Source: Nitrospirota bacterium (GTDB taxonomy: Bacteria > Nitrospirota > Thermodesulfovibrionia > Thermodesulfovibrionales > Dissulfurispiraceae). From it: a stretch of DNA of 64,000 nucleotides. The notes under the pieces were generated by a model that worked only from the letters and a program-made list of their open reading frames with translations, had not been told where the DNA came from and did not search any database. Each line of letters begins with the position of its first letter. Positions within the stretch are counted from its first letter, which is position 1. The DNA lies in NCBI GenBank assembly GCA_963710375.1, contig CAVPZX010000004.1:160001-224000 (forward strand), given 5' to 3'. Position numbers and translations under genes: made by a program. This document shows, one piece after another, positions 51,638-60,483 of this stretch.

Positions 51638-51825
51638 CAAATTTTTGGTAGTGGGCCAGTTTGTTTTTGCTCTGTATCACCTGGGTTATCAATAGTGGGC
51701 GAGTAACGCCGAGCCCACATATATAGAAGTGGCAACCACAGGTAATTCTCTTTACAGGCCAGTGATTGAATTGAACGGCTAATTGATACAGAGCAAAAAC
51801 AAACTGGCCCACTACCAAAAATTTG
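51638..51825. other. Non-coding element with 42-bp perfect terminal inverted repeats (MITE-like or structured RNA)
   Basis: 51638-51679 is the exact reverse complement of 51784-51825; 104-nt interior with hairpins. Confidence 0.85.
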
Positions 51826-51878
51826 GGGATGGGTCAGTACCTGTTCACTTTGCCTATCCACTATGTTATGCTTTTTGC

Positions 51879-52265
51879 ATGCCGGTATTTGTTATCCATG
51901 AACACCACGCTAGGCATCTGCATTACGATTTCAGGCTTGAGATGGATGGCGTGCTCAAATCATGGGCGGTGCCCAAAGGGCCTTCAATGAATCCTGCCGA
52001 CAAGCGGCTCGCCATCATGGTCGAGGACCACCCGCTCCATTATGGCTCTTTTGAAGGTACAATACCGGAAGGACTTTACGGGGCCGGAACCGTTGCCATT
52101 TGGGACCATGGAACGTATACCTTGGTTAACGGAGATTTAGCTCAGGGCAAAATAGAACTGCAGCTGGAAGGGGAAAAACTCAGGGGCGTTTTTGTCCTGA
52201 CAAGGATGAAAGGGAAGGACAAGGAGTGGCTGCTGATAAAGAAAAGGGACGCATACGCCCTGTAA
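51879..52265 (+). CDS. Stand-alone LigD 3'-phosphoesterase domain protein
   Basis: [37 protein letters not shown] 6 nt after TGnTATGCT (possibly leaderless). Confidence 0.9.
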   Translation: MPVFVIHEHHARHLHYDFRLEMDGVLKSWAVPKGPSMNPADKRLAIMVEDHPLHYGSFEGTIPEGLYGAGTVAIWDHGTYTLVNGDLAQGKIELQLEGEKLRGVFVLTRMKGKDKEWLLIKKRDAYAL

Positions 52266-52286
52266 TGAGGAAAGAGTCCCGGTACT

Positions 52287-52976
52287 TTATACCGGATTAA
52301 ATCTGTAGCCCGTACCCCATAGTGTCTCGATGTATTCAGGGTTCGACGGATCTTTTTCGATTTTTTTGCGTATCTTTTGGATATGTACAGCCACAGTTGC
52401 TGTATCGCCGTAATAGTCATCGCCCCATATAGTATTAAATATATGTTCCTTGCTGAAAACGATATTCGGATTCGAAGCCAGGAACACCAGAAGCTCGTAT
52501 TCCTTTGCTGTCAACTGAACTTCCTGTCCACTCACAAGGACCTTGTGCGATGCCGTATTGATTTCCAGGCCCTTGTGCTGAATAACTTCGGATTTGGCCG
52601 TATGACCTTTCAGCCGATTGTATCTCGTTATATGGGCTTTTATCCTGGCAGCAAGTTCGGCAGGGCTGAAGGGTTTTGTCAGATAATCATCAGCGCCGAA
52701 GTCCAGACCCCTGATCTTATCGATATCCTCGTTCTTGGCCGATACCACAATTATGGGGATTTCCATGCTTCTCCTGATCTCCTTGATAATTGCGAATCCA
52801 TCCTTATGCGGCAGCATTAAATCAACGACAACAACATCATACATGCCCGAGACAGCCTTCTTCAGGCCTTGCAGTCCATCCTGAACAATTTCCGCCTTAT
52901 AGCCGTTTAATTGCAGATAATCGCGCTCCAGTTCGGCAATATCCAGGTCGTCTTCAATAATCAGGACGCGCTTCAT
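52287..52976 (-). CDS. OmpR-family response regulator
   Basis: IIEDD, VDLMLP, GADDYLTKPF, ETLWGTGYRF. Confidence 0.96.
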   Translation of the reverse strand: MKRVLIIEDDLDIAELERDYLQLNGYKAEIVQDGLQGLKKAVSGMYDVVVVDLMLPHKDGFAIIKEIRRSMEIPIIVVSAKNEDIDKIRGLDFGADDYLTKPFSPAELAARIKAHITRYNRLKGHTAKSEVIQHKGLEINTASHKVLVSGQEVQLTAKEYELLVFLASNPNIVFSKEHIFNTIWGDDYYGDTATVAVHIQKIRKKIEKDPSNPEYIETLWGTGYRFNPV

Positions 52977-54151
52977 CAGCAATTCTCCCCTTCACCGTGG
53001 TGTAAAATAGGGAGCATGATAGTAAAACGGGTATCTCCGATCACGCTCGAAACGGCAATTTTTCCTCCATGGGCTTCTATTAATTCCTTGGCGATCGCAA
53101 GTCCCAATCCAGTACTCTGGAATTCCTTAGGTCGTTCAGTATCGATGCGGTAAAATCGGTCGAAGATAAATGGAAGCTTATCTTCTGGAATCCCTGGTCC
53201 ATTGTCTTTGACGCTTATGCAAATAAAACTGTCCTGCTCGTAAAGTTCAACTTGTATGGACAGATCATTCTCAGGCCCATGCTGGATGGCGTTACTGAGG
53301 ATATTGTTGAAAGCTTGATGGAATCTCTTCCCGTCAAGATTCACCCGATAGTCATGTTCCAACCGGACAATATAGTGAAAGCTGATCTTTCTTTCTTCAA
53401 GATCAAACCTGTATTCTTCCATCAGATCATTCATGAACGCCAGGATCTGCACGTCTTCATAACGCAGCTCCAATTTTTGCATGTCTAACTTCGAAAACAG
53501 GAAAAGGTCGTCAATGAGTTTATTAACATAAACCGTATTATGATGAATTGTTCTGAGGTATTTGTTTCTGTTTTCTGCCTGTGTGACGGTCCCTTCCAAA
53601 AGTGCCTCTATATATCCTTGAATGGCGGTTATCGGCGTTTTCAAGTCGTGGGAAATATTGGCGATGAGTGAGTTTCGATTCTCTTCGTACTCGGCTTGCA
53701 TCTTTTCGTTTTCGTATAATTTTTTAGCCATTTCGTTGAAGGAAGCGATCAGAAAGCCGAGATCGTTCGGCTTATCATACTCCACTGTTATGTTATAGTT
53801 TCCCTTGGCAACTTCATCCAGTCCTTGTTTCAATTTCTCTATAGGCTTGAATATTCTTTTTTCCACGCGCAAAAAAAAGAGAAACTGGAGTATTTCTTTG
53901 ATGACGATTACTGCCGCTAAAAAAATTCCGATCCCCTTGATACCTATCCATCTGAACAGCAGATAGAGGATAACGAGGTTAACCAGTATGACAGCGGGGC
54001 GAATATAGCGGAAATACCTGTAGTGTTGCAAGAACTTATCATGGTGATGATGATGAATAAGGCGGAGTTTTGCATGAAGATGCTGATGGCCCTGTTCATC
54101 CGGGAGGATATCGGTATGCTGCCCGCCCTTACGTCTGAACATAAATATCAC
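52976..54151 (-). CDS. HAMP sensor histidine kinase with His-rich N-terminus (intramembrane-sensing type)
   Basis: SHDLKTP, NAIQH, GLGLAIAK; two TMs with a very short loop. Confidence 0.92.
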   Translation of the reverse strand: MIFMFRRKGGQHTDILPDEQGHQHLHAKLRLIHHHHHDKFLQHYRYFRYIRPAVILVNLVILYLLFRWIGIKGIGIFLAAVIVIKEILQFLFFLRVEKRIFKPIEKLKQGLDEVAKGNYNITVEYDKPNDLGFLIASFNEMAKKLYENEKMQAEYEENRNSLIANISHDLKTPITAIQGYIEALLEGTVTQAENRNKYLRTIHHNTVYVNKLIDDLFLFSKLDMQKLELRYEDVQILAFMNDLMEEYRFDLEERKISFHYIVRLEHDYRVNLDGKRFHQAFNNILSNAIQHGPENDLSIQVELYEQDSFICISVKDNGPGIPEDKLPFIFDRFYRIDTERPKEFQSTGLGLAIAKELIEAHGGKIAVSSVIGDTRFTIMLPILHHGEGENC

Positions 54152-54270
54152 CTGTCACAAGTTCCCCTTTGGCTGCTTTCTGCCTCATTATTATATTGCA
54201 TAGGGATGCAAGGCGCAAAATATCATATTGATCGCGTCCTGCATCCCTGCAAACAAATATAGCCTGCTCC

Positions 54271-54882
54271 TTACCAGCTGAAGGACAATTCGGCCCTTGC
54301 CTTCAGATCATGCTGTTCATTTTGACTGTCTACTTGGGACCCTCCGAAAGTGATCAGGATTCTCTCAACTTCGGATCTTTTATTTACGAACATCTTAAGC
54401 AATAAAGCGAGTTTATCTACTGTGCAGAACTCTTTTAGGAAGCCGTGCCCACAATGCTCTCCAGAGCCTGCCCCGCTTATTTTATCACGGATCAGCTCTT
54501 TCGCATCTTCGGGGAGATCGTCGGCATTCAACGACATAATTACAGCCTTGCCTTCCTGTTCTTCAACTTGAAGTGCGTTCAAGATGGCAAGGGCCAATGC
54601 AAGTTTGGAAAACATCCCTTTCAGGCCACCGCAATGACCTTTGTGCATGTGGTTTAGGAATTCATGGCGCCTGCTTTCGCCGCAGCAAGGCAGGGTGGAA
54701 TAATCCATTTCCGTACTGATTTTTGCTTTGGTCTGCCGGGTCAGCAGATTTTTTTCGAATTCATTCCGAATGGTGAAAATATTTACCCTGTCTTTTTGCG
54801 CTTCTGCTGTAAGAACACCTTGTAAAGCGTCTTTGTTCCTCATCGCCATCACCACATCATACAACAGTTTGATCTTGTTCAT
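54271..54882 (-). CDS. Hypothetical Cys/His-rich cytoplasmic protein
   Basis: SD AGGAGG; PCCGESRRHEFLNHMHKGHCGG, EHCGHG. Confidence 0.75.
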   Translation of the reverse strand: MNKIKLLYDVVMAMRNKDALQGVLTAEAQKDRVNIFTIRNEFEKNLLTRQTKAKISTEMDYSTLPCCGESRRHEFLNHMHKGHCGGLKGMFSKLALALAILNALQVEEQEGKAVIMSLNADDLPEDAKELIRDKISGAGSGEHCGHGFLKEFCTVDKLALLLKMFVNKRSEVERILITFGGSQVDSQNEQHDLKARAELSFSW

Positions 54883-54916
54883 AAAAAGCCTCCTTGGTAG
54901 TTTTGATGAGATTATT

Positions 54917-54989
54917 TTAAAGGAAGAGTTTAAAGCGGCTTTAAAGCATTTCTAAAATTTATATTAAAGTTATTAAAATTATTTTAAAG
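54917..54989. promoter_or_regulatory. Array of TTAAAG-like direct repeats with ~11-bp period (putative OmpR-type boxes)
   Basis: ttaaag at 54917, 54930, 54941, 54964, 54984; variants at 54952, 54973. Confidence 0.55.
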
Positions 54990-55076
54990 CGATGGGTCTT
55001 TATATCGATCAACGGCAAGAGCGCTTCTTTCTGCGGGTTGCTTTTTGTAACGATGTTTTGGTAGATTTCAGGGGCG

Positions 55077-55637
55077 ATGACCGACAAAGATGCGCTTATA
55101 GATATAATCAGGGAGCGTTCCTTTCAATACAACAGCGAGCCTTCATTCAAACTTTCCTCCGGAGGCGTAAGCCATTTTTATTTCAATATGAAAAAAACAA
55201 CGCAGTCCCCTGACGGCATGTACCTTGTCGGCAAGCTGGTATTTGAAAAAATCAAACAACTGGGACTGGCCCCTGATGCCATAGGCGGACTGACTATGGG
55301 AGCCGACCCCATAGCCTATGCAGTTGCCATGCACTCATATTATATGAAAGAACCGATACAGGCATTCGTTATCCGCAAAGAGCCTAAGGAGCATGGCTTA
55401 AAGCTGCCCATTGAAGGCAATATTATGGCGGGAGACCATGTTGTTATAATCGATGATGTAGTAACCACAGGGGGTTCTACAATAAAGGCAATAAACGTAG
55501 CCAAAGAATACGGCCTTATTATTGATGCTGTGATTGTGCTTGTCGACAGGCGTGAACAGAACGGCATACAAAATATTGAGGCCATGGGATATCCTGTATA
55601 CGACATCCTTACCGTCAACGACTTCATGCCAGGATAG
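55077..55637 (+). CDS. pyrE: Orotate phosphoribosyltransferase
   Basis: FKLSSGG, GGLTMGADPI, IRKEPKEHG, IIDDVVTTGGS. Confidence 0.95.
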   Translation: MTDKDALIDIIRERSFQYNSEPSFKLSSGGVSHFYFNMKKTTQSPDGMYLVGKLVFEKIKQLGLAPDAIGGLTMGADPIAYAVAMHSYYMKEPIQAFVIRKEPKEHGLKLPIEGNIMAGDHVVIIDDVVTTGGSTIKAINVAKEYGLIIDAVIVLVDRREQNGIQNIEAMGYPVYDILTVNDFMPG

Positions 55638-55754
55638 AAAACAGCTTTGCTCGACTGCAGATTGTATGCGGTGACATGGCAACCGTTAGTGTTGACTCCT
55701 GTAAAAATGCATGATAATAATAGGTATTATATATTCTAAACTTATAATTTGAAG

Positions 55755-55783
55755 TTGACATAAAAGATGCCGTACTTTATTAT
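55755..55783 (+). promoter_or_regulatory. sigma70 promoter for the propeller/ABC operon
   Basis: TTGACA -17 nt- TATTAT. Confidence 0.6.
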
Positions 55784-55926
55784 GAAGCTATAAGGTAATA
55801 TAATAAGGAGGAGGTGAGATTCTTTCAATATTCAAGGCTGTGCTCTATTCTTGACATACAGCATGGTAATTTGGGACAGTCAGCACATATGAAAAAAAGT
55901 AAAAGATGCTTGAAAATGGGGGAAAT

Positions 55927-57054
55927 ATGAGGCAAAAACTTACGGTTATAGTATTAGGGTTACTTGTCATAGCAGGGTTTATGTTTTTTGGGAGCGCTCC
56001 GAAGAACAGTATTGCTGCTATTGATATGTCCGGCGAATCGTGTTATACAATTCCTGGTGATTTCATAGACGCCAAGGTGGTCAAGCCGGAGAGTGTCACT
56101 TTTAATGGCATTGCATATATCGCAGGGCATGGCGGGCATATTGCGATTATCGATATGCGGACGATGAAGTCCCCGACTGACATAGAAAAAGACAGAATCG
56201 TACTTACCGAGGCCGGTTCCGAGATGGAAGGAAAGATAGCCGGTATGAGCTTTGAAGAGGTCAAGAAGGCCGGCGGTACACACGGTCAGGCGCTTGTTAC
56301 TGATAAGGGAAAAAAGATAATGATTGCCGGCACATTGGACGGCAATGTTTATAAGATTGACATGGCCACAGGGAAAAAAGAGGGCCCCTTCAAAGTCGGA
56401 GAGAAGTTCTGCGGCACTATCCTAGGTCCTGACGGCAATATCTATTTTGAGGACATGGCTGACGGCAATGTGTATGTGTGGAACGCTAAAAAGCTGAAGA
56501 CAGTAGATAAAATGCCGGTAGGCAAAGCTGTTTGCGGCATTCAGTGGACCAAAAACCATAATAAGGCTTACATAACCGATATGCCTACGGGTGTAGTATA
56601 TGTTTATAACTGGAAGACGAAAAAGGAAATTAAGCAGATTTCTAGTCCTGAGATGACCTTTATTCACCAGACACGCATGACTCCTGACGGGAAATACCTG
56701 TGGGTCAGCGCCCCCAACGAGTACGATCCAGGCCTCAAGCCTGGGACGCATAAGAGCCAGATTATCGTTATCGATACAAAGAAAGATAAGATAATTAAGA
56801 GGATCGTACTGCCTGATAATATAAGGCCCCACGACTTTGCATTTACCAAGGACGGCAAATATGCATTGCTTGCGTCCCGGACATATGGCGACGATAGCAA
56901 ACTTGTTGTAATGGATTTGAGGAATGCCGATATCGTTCGGGAGGTTTCGGCTTGTGCCAGCTGCCATAAGGCAGCAGGTGTAGAGGTCAAGATTGATAAG
57001 GGCTCACCTCTGCTTTGCGGATTGGAAGTAGATTGGCATCCAGGCAAAAAATAG
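55927..57054 (+). CDS. Secreted YncE-like beta-propeller protein with a CxxCH heme-c motif
   Basis: Signal peptide; blades with GPDGN, TPDGKYLWV, TKDGKYAL; CASCH near the C-terminus. Confidence 0.8.
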   Translation: MRQKLTVIVLGLLVIAGFMFFGSAPKNSIAAIDMSGESCYTIPGDFIDAKVVKPESVTFNGIAYIAGHGGHIAIIDMRTMKSPTDIEKDRIVLTEAGSEMEGKIAGMSFEEVKKAGGTHGQALVTDKGKKIMIAGTLDGNVYKIDMATGKKEGPFKVGEKFCGTILGPDGNIYFEDMADGNVYVWNAKKLKTVDKMPVGKAVCGIQWTKNHNKAYITDMPTGVVYVYNWKTKKEIKQISSPEMTFIHQTRMTPDGKYLWVSAPNEYDPGLKPGTHKSQIIVIDTKKDKIIKRIVLPDNIRPHDFAFTKDGKYALLASRTYGDDSKLVVMDLRNADIVREVSACASCHKAAGVEVKIDKGSPLLCGLEVDWHPGKK

Positions 57055-57083
57055 CCTGATCAACATTTATTGACATTTATTGT

Positions 57084-57119
57084 AAAAAAGGGGCAGACTT
57101 ATTTATGCCCCTTTTTTTT
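57084..57119. terminator. Bidirectional Rho-independent terminator
   Basis: aaaaaaggggca-loop-tgcccctttttttt. Confidence 0.8.
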
Positions 57120-57143
57120 ACTATTGAAGGCTAAAGCTCCCTA

Positions 57144-58352
57144 ATGAAGACAAGACTTAACATAGTTTCAATTGCGGTCAAAAACCTGAGCAGAAAAATC
57201 GTCAGGACAGTATTGCTGCTCCTGGCGGTTACGGTGGTCACCGGGACCATTTTTTTTGCAACTCTCTTCATATCCAGTATGCAGAACGCGCTGAAAATCG
57301 GCACATACCGGCTCGGCGCGGACATCCTTGTCGTGCCTGCAAAGAATGCCGCAGAAGCCCGTTCGGCCTTGCTCTCAGGGGAACCGGCCAGTTTTTACAT
57401 GGACAATTCCGTGCTCGAGAAAGTGAGACGTATTGAAGGCGTGAAGGAGGCGACGCCCCAGCTTTTTATCAAGCCGTCCTCCTTTGCGTGCTGTTTCAAT
57501 GTTGATGTCTTTCTAATGGCATTTGATCCGCTTACGGATTTTACCGTCACACCGTGGCTCGAAAAAAATATTAAAAAACCTCTGAGCGGCAACGAGGTGA
57601 TAACGGGCAGGAACATACCTGTAGTAACAGGTGATACGCTCCCCTTTTACGGCACGCCATTTACAGTTGTAGGGACACTTGAACCCACCGGCATGAAACT
57701 TTTTGACCAGGCCGTTTTTATGACCCTGGACGCTGCTTATGAGATGGCTGCAAATTCAAAGGCGAAAGCGATGCAGCCGATCACTATAGGCAGGAACGAG
57801 ATATCGGCGGTGCTGACAAGGGTTAAGAGTGATTATGCTCCCGACAGGGTAGCCCTCAGGATAGAGAACGACATCGACGGTGTCAAGGCGATTGTTTCGG
57901 ATGAAGTGTTGAACACGGTCAGAAAACAGTTGAACGGCCTTTTGAACGGCATTCTTCTTATAAGCGCTGTCGTATGGGTACTGGCCCTTTTGATGATGGG
58001 GTTTGCATTTTATATGATAGTGAATGAGCGGCAGCGTGAAGTGGGTTTGTTGAGAGCGATGGGAGCAAGGAAAATGCACATTTTCAGGCTTATAATAACG
58101 GAAGCCGTTATTATATCCACAGCAGGCGGCGTATGCGGGTTGATTGGCGGCTCGGCTATCCTGCTGACATTCAAGGGTCTGATTTTGCACAGCCTTAAAT
58201 TGCCGTATCTTCTGCCCCCACCGGGATTGCTCGCTGAACTGGTGGCTGGTACGCTGCTGTTTTCCATGCTGACGGGACTCCTTTCTTCCCTGTTGCCGGC
58301 TATTTCCGCGAGCAGGATGGAACCATATGAAGCGATTCGCAAAGGAGAGTGA
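57144..58352 (+). CDS. ABC transporter permease (MacB/FtsX-like) with periplasmic CC motif
   Basis: RLGADILVVP, FACCF, ERQREVGLLRAMGA, MEPYEAIR. Confidence 0.92.
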   Translation: MKTRLNIVSIAVKNLSRKIVRTVLLLLAVTVVTGTIFFATLFISSMQNALKIGTYRLGADILVVPAKNAAEARSALLSGEPASFYMDNSVLEKVRRIEGVKEATPQLFIKPSSFACCFNVDVFLMAFDPLTDFTVTPWLEKNIKKPLSGNEVITGRNIPVVTGDTLPFYGTPFTVVGTLEPTGMKLFDQAVFMTLDAAYEMAANSKAKAMQPITIGRNEISAVLTRVKSDYAPDRVALRIENDIDGVKAIVSDEVLNTVRKQLNGLLNGILLISAVVWVLALLMMGFAFYMIVNERQREVGLLRAMGARKMHIFRLIITEAVIISTAGGVCGLIGGSAILLTFKGLILHSLKLPYLLPPPGLLAELVAGTLLFSMLTGLLSSLLPAISASRMEPYEAIRKGE

Positions 58353-58353
58353 G

Positions 58354-59028
58354 ATGAGAAAAGGTATAGGTAGAGGTAAAGGTTTAGGCTTAGGTAAACA
58401 TAGGTTTTTTTTATTTTTTTTCTTAACCTTAACCTATACCTTTGCCTTGTTTTGCCTCTTTTCATGCAAGGGAAAAGAAACAACACAGGCAGGAAAGCAG
58501 GGTCCGGTATATAACCCCTATTCGACCGAATCGGTATATCTTGAAACAAGGCAAAGGGTGGAAGCTCATCCGGAAGATGCTGAGGCCTGGTTTCATCTCG
58601 CTAATTTATATGAAAGCAACGGGCAATATGCCGAAGCGATTGACGCTTATAAGAAGGTTGCGAAGCTGAGGCCTAAACAGGGATTCGTGTATGTCAAAAT
58701 AGGGACCTCTTATGACCAGATCGGGAAGCCCCGGGAAGCGGTGGAGGCATTTAAAAAGGCGGTGCATTTTATGCCGGGCTACGCGGTGGCATACAATAAC
58801 CTGGGGATAGCTTACGGAAAACTTGGCAGGAACCGCGAGGAAATAGCTGCGCTGAAGAAGGCTTTGCAGCTTCGTCCGCGATATGTCACCGCACGGTACA
58901 ATCTGGGAATTGCGTATCTGAGAGTTAAAGACAGGAAGGCGGCGCTGCAGCAATATGAGTTTTTAAAGGATGTCGAAACTGGGGCAGCAGAGGCGCTGAA
59001 AAAAGAGATCGACAGCAGTGGAAACTGA
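58354..59028 (+). CDS. TPR-repeat lipoprotein
   Basis: FSC lipobox; AWFHLA, AYNNLGIAY, ARYNLGIAY TPR motifs. Confidence 0.88.
   Translation: MRKGIGRGKGLGLGKHRFFLFFFLTLTYTFALFCLFSCKGKETTQAGKQGPVYNPYSTESVYLETRQRVEAHPEDAEAWFHLANLYESNGQYAEAIDAYKKVAKLRPKQGFVYVKIGTSYDQIGKPREAVEAFKKAVHFMPGYAVAYNNLGIAYGKLGRNREEIAALKKALQLRPRYVTARYNLGIAYLRVKDRKAALQQYEFLKDVETGAAEALKKEIDSSGN
58362..58447. repeat. Inverted hexamer repeat within the TPR signal peptide
   Basis: aggtat aggtag aggtaa aggttt aggctt aggtaa ... taacct taacct atacct ttgcct. Confidence 0.8.
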
Positions 59029-59031
59029 ATA

Positions 59032-59697
59032 ATGATAGAAATTAAGGACATTACCAAGACTTATACAATTGACGGGAAAAAAATCAAGGCGGTCGATAAT
59101 GCAAGCTTTTCGGTGAGCGCAGGTGAAATCTTATCTGTCATCGGTCATTCGGGAAGCGGGAAGACAACCCTCCTGAGTTTGATCGGAGGGCTGACAAAAC
59201 CGGATTCAGGCTCTGTCTTTATCAATGGAAGCGATATATGGTCAATGAATGATGACGATCTTTCGGGTTTCAGAAATAAAACTATCAGTTTTATTTTCCA
59301 GTTTTCGAGTCTTATCCCGACCCTTACGGCATTTGAAAATATCATTCTCCCGGTCACTTTCGGCATGCACGGCGGAGACACCGGCAGCTACGCAGAGCAG
59401 CTCTGTGAAGCTGTAGGCCTTAGTGATAAAATGCGCTCTTACCCTTCACAGCTTTCAGGTGGCCAGCAGAGGAGAGTTGCCATTGCGAGGGCCTTTATAA
59501 CCAAGCCTGCTATTGTCCTTGCCGATGAGCCTACCGGAGATCTTGATGAAGAGACCGAAGCTGAAATGATCAGTTTATTTAAAAAGTTCAACGAAGAAAA
59601 CGGCACTGTTTTTATTATCGTTACTCATAATACAGACCTTGCAAAACAGACCGGACGTCAGTTGAAAATGAGCAACGGTGTTATTATGCCTGTTTAG
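59032..59697 (+). CDS. ABC transporter ATP-binding protein
   Basis: [28 protein letters not shown]. Confidence 0.95.
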   Translation: MIEIKDITKTYTIDGKKIKAVDNASFSVSAGEILSVIGHSGSGKTTLLSLIGGLTKPDSGSVFINGSDIWSMNDDDLSGFRNKTISFIFQFSSLIPTLTAFENIILPVTFGMHGGDTGSYAEQLCEAVGLSDKMRSYPSQLSGGQQRRVAIARAFITKPAIVLADEPTGDLDEETEAEMISLFKKFNEENGTVFIIVTHNTDLAKQTGRQLKMSNGVIMPV

Positions 59698-60470
59698 GAG
59701 TATCTGAGGGCATAAAGGATGTCTGCGAGTGCTGCGAACTCCTCTATCGTTAAGGTTTCCGCCCTTCTGCGCGGGTCTATCCCCGCGTCAATCAGTTGAT
59801 CCCTGATATCCGGCGATAGCTTCTTCAGAGCGTTTGAAAGTGTTTTTCTGCGCTGTGAAAAGGCGGTCCTTACAACAGTGAAAAATAATTTTTCGTCCTT
59901 TACCGCGACTTTCGGCTTATTGCGCATTGTGAGGTGGACTACGGCGGAGTCAACTTTAGGAACAGGTTTGAATGCTACACGCGGAATAATGAATCCCATT
60001 TCCGGTGCTGCCGCATATTGGACCGATATTGACAGGACGCCGTAGTCCTTTGTATTCGGCCCCGCGACAATCCTTTCCGCAACTTCTTTCTGGATTGTCA
60101 AAGTCATTGACTGCAGCCGCTTTCCCGCTTCCATAAGCCTGAAGATGAGCGGAGTGGTGATATAATATGGAATGTTGGCCACTACCTTGAATGTTTCCAG
60201 AGTTTCATAAGCATAGGTGAGGGCATCGCCCTGGATGAGCACTACATTGCCGGAGCCAGCAAACCTATCCTGCAGTTTGGTGAACAGATCGTTATCAAGC
60301 TCTATGGCGATCACCTTTTTGGCAATTCCCGACAGGATTGCCGTAAGACTGCCGTGGCCGGGCCCTATCTCTACTACCGTATCGTGCGTAGTAACATTGG
60401 AGATTCCAACGAGTCTGCGAAGAATCGAGGGGTCGAAGAGAAAGTTCTGGCCTAGATGCTTTTTCGCCAT
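59694..60470 (-). CDS. rsmA: 16S rRNA m6(2)A1518/1519 dimethyltransferase
   Basis: KKHLGQNFL, EIGPGHG, VANIPYYITTP, QKEVAERI. Confidence 0.96.
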   Translation of the reverse strand: MAKKHLGQNFLFDPSILRRLVGISNVTTHDTVVEIGPGHGSLTAILSGIAKKVIAIELDNDLFTKLQDRFAGSGNVVLIQGDALTYAYETLETFKVVANIPYYITTPLIFRLMEAGKRLQSMTLTIQKEVAERIVAGPNTKDYGVLSISVQYAAAPEMGFIIPRVAFKPVPKVDSAVVHLTMRNKPKVAVKDEKLFFTVVRTAFSQRRKTLSNALKKLSPDIRDQLIDAGIDPRRRAETLTIEEFAALADILYALRYS

Positions 60471-60483
60471 TGAAAACACATGA

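Noticed and set aside
51783..51878. N-terminal extension of the LigD-PE ORF and small ORFs 51633-51861
   Set aside because: They derive from the inverted-repeat element; the family motif starts at 51879
55805..55930. Strong SD-like AAGGAGGAGGT and a 38-codon GTG ORF whose stop overlaps the propeller ATG
   Set aside because: SD-start spacing is too short and the peptide has no recognisable features; cannot be supported
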